From contig QKEW01000013.1 in the NCBI GenBank assembly GCA_003251635.1, positions 2,023 to 66,022 on the forward strand: a stretch of DNA of 64,000 nt, read 5' to 3'. The number at the start of each line of letters is the position of its first letter. Positions within the stretch are counted from its first letter, which is position 1. This DNA is from a bacterium. Its GTDB lineage: Bacteria; Patescibacteriota; Minisyncoccia; Moranbacterales; GWC2-37-73. Positions 50,226-58,005 of this stretch are shown piece after piece. The notes under the pieces are model-generated. The model did not search any database. It was not told the DNA's origin and saw nothing but the letters and a program-made list of their open reading frames with translations. Position numbers and translations under genes: made by a program.

Positions 50226-51251
50226 TTAGTCTTCTAAAAATTTTTCCACCAGTTTCTCGGCTTCGTTTGGATCCGGAATCCAAATTAAGTCGGGATTTTT
50301 TTTGAGCCAAGTCATTTGGCGTTTGGCGTAGTGGATGATGTCGAAAAAAAGTTTTTCTTGCATTTTGCTTTCGGAAATTTTATCTTGTAAAAATTCAGCC
50401 AAGCGGCGATATTCCAGACCGAAAGATTCCAAACGCTGCCAAGAAATTCCGCTTTGATGTAAATTTTGCACCTCTTGAAGCATGCCCTGCTCAAATCTTT
50501 CGTCCAGGCGTTTTTGAATTTTTTCTCGCAAGACTTCTTTTGGGACATCCAAAGCTAGCTGCAAAAATTCATAGCTTTTAGTTTTTAGCTTATTGTTTTC
50601 AGGTCGGGGAACTTTTCCCAGTTTTTGGCAGATTTCCAAAGCGCGAATCAGGCGGACCTTGTTTTTTGAATCAATGGCAGCGGCTCGCTGCGGGTCGATT
50701 TTTTGCAATTGGGCAAAAAGTTGCCGGGTGTTTTTTCTATCTAAATTTTTGCGTAAATCCAAATCCGGTTTGACTTGAGGAAAATCCAAATTGTCGGTGA
50801 TGGCTTGAATCCAAAAACCAGTGCCGCCACAAATGATCGGGAGTTTTTTTCTTTGCAAAATTTCCGGGATTTTTTCCAGGGCGTATTTTTTGAAATCTGC
50901 CACGTTGAAATCCTGATCAGGATTGATGATATCAATTCCATGGTGCACAATGCCGGCAGATAGATAGCTGCCATTTTTTAGCTTATAGCTTTTAGCTTCT
51001 AGCTCATTAGACTTAGGGGTGGATTCATGCTCCACGCTCCATGCTTCACGTTTCATGCTATGTGCCCCACGCTCCACGCTACTTGAATCACGCTCGACTT
51101 TACCAGTGCCCAAATCCATTCCACGATAAATCTGGCGGCTGTCCGCCGAGATGATTTCACCATCAAATTTTTGGGCCAATTGAATGGCCAAAGTTGATTT
51201 GCCGGAAGCTGTCGGTCCGGCAATGACTAGGATTTTAGGGAGTTTGTTCAT
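50226..51251 (-). CDS. miaA: tRNA dimethylallyltransferase with repeat-derived insertions
   Basis: GPTASGKS, SADSRQIY, GGTG, YAKRQMTW. Confidence 0.95.
   Translation of the reverse strand: MNKLPKILVIAGPTASGKSTLAIQLAQKFDGEIISADSRQIYRGMDLGTGKVERDSSSVERGAHSMKREAWSVEHESTPKSNELEAKSYKLKNGSYLSAGIVHHGIDIINPDQDFNVADFKKYALEKIPEILQRKKLPIICGGTGFWIQAITDNLDFPQVKPDLDLRKNLDRKNTRQLFAQLQKIDPQRAAAIDSKNKVRLIRALEICQKLGKVPRPENNKLKTKSYEFLQLALDVPKEVLREKIQKRLDERFEQGMLQEVQNLHQSGISWQRLESFGLEYRRLAEFLQDKISESKMQEKLFFDIIHYAKRQMTWLKKNPDLIWIPDPNEAEKLVEKFLED
50977..51079. repeat. Heptamer arrays inside miaA
   Basis: 4 x TNTAGCT (50977-51004) and 8 x TCCACGC-like (51024-51079). Confidence 0.9.
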
Positions 51252-51258
51252 GGTTTTA

Positions 51259-51338
51259 TTAAAGCATAAAAACATTAAAATATGAAAACATCAAAGCATT
51301 AAAACACGAGAATAATAAAACATTAAAGCATGAAAGAG
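51259..51338. repeat. Octamer tandem array (10 x TTAAAACA-like) upstream of miaA
   Basis: Strict 8-bp period. Confidence 0.85.
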
Positions 51339-51450
51339 GGAATTTTCAAAGCTTGACAACCAGGCTGATTTATGCTAGAATTAAAAGTCATTATAATAAT
51401 GGCAATAACTTAAAAAAAGAATATTTTTCTAATTTTTTCTGGAGGTGTTT

Positions 51451-51747
51451 ATGGAACTGGGCTTGTTGAGCATTAACTTGTATTTAAGCGGAGTTTTTTC
51501 TTTAGGATTCTATTTGATGTTTTTATCAGTGATATCGGCTGGACTCATTGATAAAAAAGTCCATAGGCGTATGGTGATTGTGATTGTGGTTATAGCCGTG
51601 GTTTTTATTGCGATCACTTTTACAATTTTGTTGTTCCTTTTGTTTAAAAAGGAGTCTGGAATCGTAATTGTGATTTTATTGATTGGGGGTCTGATTAGCG
51701 TTTTTCATAAAAAAATCCTTTCAAACCCCAAACCCCAGTCCGAGTGA
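51451..51747 (+). CDS. Hypothetical three-TM protein overlapping the miaB 3' end
   Basis: SD GGAGGTG, hydrophobic ORF. Confidence 0.55.
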   Translation: MELGLLSINLYLSGVFSLGFYLMFLSVISAGLIDKKVHRRMVIVIVVIAVVFIAITFTILLFLLFKKESGIVIVILLIGGLISVFHKKILSNPKPQSE

Positions 51748-53080
51748 TTTGGGCTGGGAGGATTTGACCAACCAATGATTCAATTGAATCAGGTTGGTCA
51801 AGTTGAATACGAACATTTTTCAAAGTGCGGGTTTTGCCAAAGCAAAGCCCGCCTTTTTCTTTTTCTATCAAAACTTCCACGGTTTGATGGAGATATTTTT
51901 GATTATTTTCTCGAGCGGTTTTTTTGAGGATTTCATTGAGAAATTTTTCACGCCGAACTTTTTCCGGCTTGGAAACGTCATCAGTCATTTTCCAAGCGGC
52001 GGTTAGGGGACGCGGAGAATATTGTCCGAAAAAAACCATATCAAATCCAACCTGCTCCATGATTTGGGCAGATTGTTGAAACTGCTGCTCGCTCTCGCCG
52101 GGAAAACCGACGATGATGTCAGTAGAAATGGAAAAAAGTTTACCAGGCTTGTTTTGGGCAAAGCCTTTTTTTATTTTCTCAATCAGCTTGAGATAATCCT
52201 CAGCTTTATATTTGCGATTCATGCGCCGCAAAATTTCGTCGTCGCCGGCTTGCAGCGGCAAATGAACATTTTCGCAAACTTTCGGTAGCGACGTGATGGC
52301 TTGGATAGTTTCATCGCTCATGTCTTTGGGGTGAGAGGAAAGGAAGTAGATCCAAAAATCACCCTCCAAATCATTGACCATTTTGAGCAGCTGGGCAAAA
52401 TTAACCATTGGCTCAAGTTTTGCATTCCGAGCCATGCTTTCCGCATTTTGTGTTTCGCGCTCCACGTTTCGCGCTCCACGATAGGAATTTACATTTTGTC
52501 CCAAAAGCACGATGCTTTTGTAACCTTCGGAAACGAGGGATTTTATTTCGTCTAAAATTTCCTGAGCGGGACGGGAAATTTCACGGCCACGGGCATAGGG
52601 AACTGAGCAATAGGCGCAAAAATTGTTGCAGCCGGTCATGATGGGGACCAGGGCTTGAAATTTATTTTGGCGCCGAGGTTGAATGGAAAGATAATTTTCA
52701 ATTTTTTTCGAATCCGTGCAAGAAAGCTGAAAATTGTTTTGCAAGAATTTTTCAATCTCTTGGGGAAAGTTTTTGATCTCGGTGAAGAGGTCGGCGTTTT
52801 TGAGACGGCGATGAATGTCTTGGCGATTAGCCAAACAACCGGTGATGATGATTTTGATTTGAGGATTTTTCTTTTTGAGATTGCGAGCCAAACCAAAAAC
52901 TCGATCCTCAGCCATTTGACGGACCGAGCAAGTATTGATGATAGCCAAATCAGCTTCCAAATATTTTTCCGATCGACGAAAGCCTTTTTCTTGCAAAAAG
53001 CAGTTAATGCGCTCGCTGTCGGAAATGTTCATCTGGCAGCCGAAGGTTTTGATGAAATAGTTTTTAGATCTTGGGTTCAC
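51695..53080 (-). CDS. miaB: MiaB-type tRNA methylthiotransferase (radical SAM)
   Basis: TFGCQMN, CNNFCAYC, GQNVNSY, DIIVGFPGE, TRAM domain. Confidence 0.93.
   Translation of the reverse strand: MNPRSKNYFIKTFGCQMNISDSERINCFLQEKGFRRSEKYLEADLAIINTCSVRQMAEDRVFGLARNLKKKNPQIKIIITGCLANRQDIHRRLKNADLFTEIKNFPQEIEKFLQNNFQLSCTDSKKIENYLSIQPRRQNKFQALVPIMTGCNNFCAYCSVPYARGREISRPAQEILDEIKSLVSEGYKSIVLLGQNVNSYRGARNVERETQNAESMARNAKLEPMVNFAQLLKMVNDLEGDFWIYFLSSHPKDMSDETIQAITSLPKVCENVHLPLQAGDDEILRRMNRKYKAEDYLKLIEKIKKGFAQNKPGKLFSISTDIIVGFPGESEQQFQQSAQIMEQVGFDMVFFGQYSPRPLTAAWKMTDDVSKPEKVRREKFLNEILKKTARENNQKYLHQTVEVLIEKEKGGLCFGKTRTLKNVRIQLDQPDSIESLVGQILPAQITRTGVWGLKGFFYEKR
52419..52481. repeat. Heptamer array inside miaB
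   Basis: TCCGCAT TTTGTGT TTCGCGC TCCACGT TTCGCGC TCCACGA. Confidence 0.8.
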
Positions 53081-53133
53081 AGGTTTTCGGGATTTAAAAA
53101 AGATTGAAATTTTTTTGTATTTTTTTGTTTGGA

Positions 53134-54873
53134 TTATTTTTTCTCTTTAATCTCTTTTTTAACTTTCTCCAAGAAATCTGTCAGTCCCAAAGTTTCTGGT
53201 TTTTCTTGGCCACGAACATTGACGGCGACAGTTTCGTCTTTTTCTTCTTTTTCTCCAACTACCAAAAGGTAGGGAACTTTTTGTATTTTGCTTTCGCGAA
53301 TGCGTTTGCCTAGAGACTCATCCGAGTCATTGATTTCGGTGCGAATATTGGCTTTGAGTAAATTTTTGGCGACTTTTTGGGCGTAGTCCTTGAATTTTTC
53401 GCTGACCGGTAAAACAGTGACTTGAATCGGTGAGAGCCAAAGGGGAAAGTTGCCGGCAAAATGTTCGGTTAAAATCCCAATGAATCTTTCAAATGATCCA
53501 AAGATGGCGGCGTGAATCATCACAGGCGTAGCTTTTTTTCCATCCGAGTCGACATATTCCAATTGAAATCTTTGTGGCAATTGGAAGTCCAATTGAATGG
53601 TAGCCAGTTGCCAAGAGCGTCCCAGAGCGTCATTTATGTTGATGTCGATTTTTGGTCCATAGAAAGCACCATCTTTTTCTTTGAGATCAAAAGAAATTTT
53701 TTCTTTTTGGAGGGCTTGGCGTAAATCTTCTTCAGCCTTGTCCCAAGTTTCAATTTTGCCTAAAAATTCTTCCGGTCGGGTTGAGAGGAAAAATTTCGGT
53801 TCAATGTCAAAAACTTGGTAATATTCCTTAACCATTTTTAGAAGTTGAACGATTTCATTTTCTACTTGATTTTCACTGGCGAAAATATGGGCGTCATCTT
53901 GAGTAATGGCTCGAACTCGAAAAAGTCCATTGAGCTCACCGGATTTTTCATTGCGAAACACGCGGCCAATTTCACTAAAACGAATGGGCAATTCTTTGTA
54001 GGAGTGATGACGAGCTTGATAAATCTTGATGTTGAAAGGGCAATCCATTGGTTTGAGACAATAAACGTCATTTTCAACTCCAAAAGAAAACATGTCATCT
54101 TTGTAGTGGTCCCAGTGCCCGGAAGTTTTCCAAAGAATATTTTTGGCCAATTGGGGAGTTTGGATTTCTTGACTGCCATATTTTTGGCGCAGATTTTTGC
54201 CGAATTTTTCCAGTTCATTCCAAATGACCATGCCTTTTGGATGCCAAAAGACACTACCAGGAGCTTCACTGTGAAAAGAGAAGAGATCCAGCTCTTTGCC
54301 AATTTTTTTGTGGTCTCTTTTTTGGGCTTCTTCCAATTGCCCCAGATAATTTTTCAGTTCCTTTTTATTTTCAAAAGCCACTCCATAAATTCTTTGAAGT
54401 TGAGCCTTATCGGCGTCGCCTTTCCAATAGGCGCCGGAAATTTTGGTTAGCTTAATGGCTTCGGCGTTAATTTCACCGGTTGATTCCAAATGAGGACCAG
54501 CACATAGGTCAATAAAATCACCGCATCTGTAAACTGAAACATGGGAATTATTTTCTTGGGCCAGATCTTCAATGATTTCAACTTTATAGGGCTGATCACT
54601 TTGAGAAAATTTTTCGCGAGCTTCCTGAATCGAAATTTCAGCTTTTTCGAATTCGAGATTTTGCTGGATGATTTTTTTCATTTCATTTTCCAGAAGTTCC
54701 AAATCTTCAGGAATCAAGGTGCGAGGCAATTGGAAGTCGTAGTAGAAGCCGTTTTCAATGGCTGGTCCCATGCCGAATTTGGCTTCGGGAAACATTTTCA
54801 AAACGGCCGCGGCCAGGACATGGGCAGTTGAATGGCGGATAATTTCAATTTGACTGGTTTGTTTTTTGTTCAT
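53134..54873 (-). CDS. thrS: Threonyl-tRNA synthetase
   Basis: IRHSTAH, DLCAGPH, RDHKKIG, KPMDCP, GAFYGPK. Confidence 0.97.
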   Translation of the reverse strand: MNKKQTSQIEIIRHSTAHVLAAAVLKMFPEAKFGMGPAIENGFYYDFQLPRTLIPEDLELLENEMKKIIQQNLEFEKAEISIQEAREKFSQSDQPYKVEIIEDLAQENNSHVSVYRCGDFIDLCAGPHLESTGEINAEAIKLTKISGAYWKGDADKAQLQRIYGVAFENKKELKNYLGQLEEAQKRDHKKIGKELDLFSFHSEAPGSVFWHPKGMVIWNELEKFGKNLRQKYGSQEIQTPQLAKNILWKTSGHWDHYKDDMFSFGVENDVYCLKPMDCPFNIKIYQARHHSYKELPIRFSEIGRVFRNEKSGELNGLFRVRAITQDDAHIFASENQVENEIVQLLKMVKEYYQVFDIEPKFFLSTRPEEFLGKIETWDKAEEDLRQALQKEKISFDLKEKDGAFYGPKIDININDALGRSWQLATIQLDFQLPQRFQLEYVDSDGKKATPVMIHAAIFGSFERFIGILTEHFAGNFPLWLSPIQVTVLPVSEKFKDYAQKVAKNLLKANIRTEINDSDESLGKRIRESKIQKVPYLLVVGEKEEKDETVAVNVRGQEKPETLGLTDFLEKVKKEIKEKK

Positions 54874-54927
54874 AGGTTTTTATAAATTCGAATTATGAGA
54901 TTAAATTTACTAAATTTTTTTATTTGG

Positions 54928-55008
54928 TTCTTTGAATATTATTTTTTAAAATTTTAAACCTTCAATTTTCAAGCGCCGGAAAAATTTTAAAAAATAATAT
55001 TCAAAGAA
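54928..55008. repeat. 28-bp perfect inverted repeat with a 25-nt loop
   Basis: TTCTTTGAATATTATTTTTTAAAATTTT / AAAATTTTAAAAAATAATATTCAAAGAA. Confidence 0.85.
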
Positions 55009-55059
55009 AGCCTCTGCTATTTGATTTGTTTTGAGTTTTGGTTTTTAAATTCAAATTTT

Positions 55060-55207
55060 CAAACAAAAAACCCAAAAAACTTCAGAATATCGAGACCCGG
55101 TGGTGGGTGGTTCCACTCGATTTCCCAAAATTTTTTGGGCGCTTTTTGAAAGTTTTTCGCCACTTTCGGTCGAAGGCGGGAACTCAGCGGGCGGTTAATC
55201 CGCATCA
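55060..55207 (-). ncRNA. T-box-like riboswitch upstream of thrS
   Basis: Antiterminator AUCGAG-UGGAACC-ACCC..GGGU-CUCGAU; short stem with ACC in its loop; promoter TTGATT-17-TATACT (55259-55231). Confidence 0.75.
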
Positions 55208-55371
55208 AAATTCCATTTAATTGTGATTTGAGTATAAATAAAAATTGAAAAAAAATCAAGGTTGACTAAAAAATTTTCAATGGCACAATAAAGATATCAG
55301 AAAAAATAATAGTTTTTTAAAAATAAGCCCCTAATTCACAAAAACAATAAAAAAGGAATGGAGATTTTTTT

Positions 55372-55539
55372 ATGTCGGATATAAATCCATTTGTGATGAT
55401 TCTTATTCCATTTATCATTGAATTTTGTGTAGCCTTCAGTTTATCTTTTCTTTATTGTGTTTTAAACAAAATTTTCACTGGGACTCCAGTTGCGGAATCT
55501 TTCCAGGAGGTTAAAAATCCATTTCGCGTAAAATTATAA
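55372..55539 (+). CDS. Small 55-aa single-TM protein (not in the ORF track)
   Basis: MSDINPFVMILIPFIIEFCVAFSLSFLYCVLNK...; GGAG upstream; terminator hairpin at ~55562-55585. Confidence 0.5.
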   Translation: MSDINPFVMILIPFIIEFCVAFSLSFLYCVLNKIFTGTPVAESFQEVKNPFRVKL

Positions 55540-55728
55540 GTTGTTAGAAAAAAATCCAGAGTTCCCGAGGAGAATTCCCCGGGAATTTTGCTTTTTCCAA
55601 ATAACTTTCATGAAAATAGATCCTGTATTTATAGATTTGACAAATTCAAGCCTTTGCACTTACAATGTAGTTTAATTTGGCAGAGAGGGAAGTTGTTTGA
55701 AATTTTTACTTGGAACAAGGAGGATGTT

Positions 55729-56325
55729 TTGAAAAAACAAAGAGGGCCTAAAAAACGCATAGGAAGTGGTCGAAAAAAAAATAACATTGGCGTGGGCGAT
55801 GAGTCTCGGGTGGTTTCGGTGAATTCTCAAGCCAAACTTGATTTTAACCAAAGTTCGGGAAGCTGTGGATTTTTGAATCTGCGTATCCTGATAGCCTTTT
55901 TTTATGAGTCTTCGTTTGAAAAAACCAAAAAGGCAGTTTCTTGTTATTTAGGGGAGTGGAGCGCTTTATTTCCTTGGGAGGTGAAGGGCATTTTTTCCAG
56001 CCTTGAAATTTCAACAGAGACTGGTAGTGCGAAGCGATTAACTGCTAATGAAAAAATTGAATTTTTATGTAATGAAATAAAAAGCGGCTGTCCGGTCATG
56101 TTGCTCTTGGGAGGGTGTTTCCATTGGATCAGTGTCTGGGGATATGATTCAGGTGCTAGAAAATTTATCATTTTTGATTCCAATGGAGGATTGAAGAGTT
56201 TTTCCCATCCCGTGGGCAATTGTCTGATTTCTTATGACGAATTATTGGATTTATGGAGAAGCAACCCGGTGTTTGGAAAAATTTTTCCTAAGTGGTTGAA
56301 TTGTTTTTATGTCAAATTCTCTTGA
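55729..56325 (+). CDS. C39-like/papain-fold cysteine peptidase
   Basis: QSSGSCG, HWISVWGYD, FIIFDSN; SD AAGGAGGA before TTG 55729. Confidence 0.7.
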   Translation: MKKQRGPKKRIGSGRKKNNIGVGDESRVVSVNSQAKLDFNQSSGSCGFLNLRILIAFFYESSFEKTKKAVSCYLGEWSALFPWEVKGIFSSLEISTETGSAKRLTANEKIEFLCNEIKSGCPVMLLLGGCFHWISVWGYDSGARKFIIFDSNGGLKSFSHPVGNCLISYDELLDLWRSNPVFGKIFPKWLNCFYVKFS

Positions 56326-56432
56326 AATTAAAGGTTCAGGATTAAATGTTTCTTTAGGTTGCTGAGTCTGGTTTAGAAAAATAAAAGGCTTTGGAATAAA
56401 TTTCAAGGCCTTTTTGAATCGTTAAAATTCCC

Positions 56433-56466
56433 TAAACCACTTCTACCTCTCCATGCAAAACTAAGG
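56433..56466. repeat. Duplicate of the last 34 bp of dnaE (att-like direct repeat)
   Basis: 33/34 identical to 58007-58040. Confidence 0.9.
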
Positions 56467-56589
56467 ACGTGTCAGATCTGGACAAAAAACCAACTTTGTG
56501 CTTATAATATGTGTTGGCTAAGTTTCAGTAAATTAACAACTGAATATTTTTTAAGTACCAAAACTTAGTGCTAACCAAAGGAGGAGGTT

Positions 56590-57006
56590 ATGTTATTTGT
56601 CAATTATTTGCAAGTCTTGTTGGTGATGTTCGCAATTTCTTGTATTTCCGTTGCTATTGGAAGCGATAGCAATGAATTACAAGCAAAAGTACTGGCCAGA
56701 GACTCCTGGCTAGTAAAACTGGCCTGGATGTTCAAAAAAGATCCCATTCCAGAAGAGATACCAGGAATAGGTCTCATTCTTTTTGAGTTGTTTTTTACAT
56801 TAATTATTATTGGCATATTGGCTATCGTCATGCCTTTATCATTTCTAATTGGTTTTTTTGTTGCAAAAAAGCCGGAAATTAATGCTAATGCGGATATAAA
56901 GTTTTGTTATTATAAAAAATGGCCGAAATTTTTTGGCAGTTATGTTTATCCATGGCCAATATTGGTTTTTGCCTGCTTGGTTTATGCCTTGTTTGTTAAA
57001 GTGTAA
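56590..57006 (+). CDS. Hypothetical membrane protein
   Basis: Strong SD AGGAGGAGG; three hydrophobic segments. Confidence 0.65.
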   Translation: MLFVNYLQVLLVMFAISCISVAIGSDSNELQAKVLARDSWLVKLAWMFKKDPIPEEIPGIGLILFELFFTLIIIGILAIVMPLSFLIGFFVAKKPEINANADIKFCYYKKWPKFFGSYVYPWPILVFACLVYALFVKV

Positions 57007-57200
57007 GCGAGACGTATAAGTAGATTTGCAACCAAGGCCCCACTGGAAGAAACTTTCCTTTGGGGCTTTTGAATTGCTAAAATTTCCTAAACCATATATT
57101 CCCAATTCTTCTTTATGAGAATGTATTTGTTAAAACTGGAAAAATAAGTTATATTTTTGGCATAGTTCTGGATAGATTATTAAGTATTAATTTAGTCACC

Positions 57201-57962
57201 ATGGCATTTAATAAGTTTGAAAAAATACAACGGGATGCTGGCTTTAGGAATCCAAATGATATTTTTGATCAGCCGTCAATTTCGGAAATAAGGGCAGAAA
57301 TTGAAAATATTTTACCAAATGTTAGAGAATTTATTGATGAAACTAGTCATAATTTGGAAAGGTATAAAATTTTAAATAGGCTAAGAAATTTTTGTAAAAG
57401 CATATCGGATGATTTTAAGTCTGAATTTCTGAAATTATTAGAAGGTTATGGAGATAAAAATAAGGTTCTTTCCAAAAGTATAGTTGAATTTATTAAAAAT
57501 AAGGACATGGTTTCACCTTCTTTTACTATTACTCACGGAGTTCAGGCTGAGGTTTTGCTGGAAGAATTTGGTTTAAGTCCTGAAATTAATGAAAATGAAT
57601 TGTTGTTGGTCTTTCAGCTGCCAAAACAGCTTGCTAAATTTTGGAATAAAGGCGGTGTTGATGACTGGGGAAATCTGGCTAAAAATGTTGGCGGAACAGT
57701 GGTTGAGTGGGGTTACTTTTATAGAAAACTGATGCCAATTATTTGGATGTCGCAGGGTCAATATGAAAATGAAGCTGGATTAAATTTTTCTCGGGTAAAC
57801 GAAATTGCTCAACATGATCCTGGAAAATATTATTATGTCTGGAGAATATCTGGATGGTCGAATTTTTCTGAACCGCTAGAAGATGAACATGATTTTTACA
57901 ATGATGAACAAGGGCGTGATGAATATGGAAATAGTTATGAACGAGAAACTGAGGAAGATTGA
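57201..57962 (+). CDS. Hypothetical protein
   Basis: 253-aa ORF, no motif recognised. Confidence 0.7.
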   Translation: MAFNKFEKIQRDAGFRNPNDIFDQPSISEIRAEIENILPNVREFIDETSHNLERYKILNRLRNFCKSISDDFKSEFLKLLEGYGDKNKVLSKSIVEFIKNKDMVSPSFTITHGVQAEVLLEEFGLSPEINENELLLVFQLPKQLAKFWNKGGVDDWGNLAKNVGGTVVEWGYFYRKLMPIIWMSQGQYENEAGLNFSRVNEIAQHDPGKYYYVWRISGWSNFSEPLEDEHDFYNDEQGRDEYGNSYERETEED

Positions 57963-58005
57963 TTAGTAATTATAAAAAAATATTTTTGATTTTTTTGTGT
58001 GAAGC

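Noticed and set aside
53845-54450. Long antisense ORFs (also 14745-15608, 36851-37411, 59263-59877)
   Set aside because: Opposite well-supported genes, no motifs; mirror-frame artefacts.
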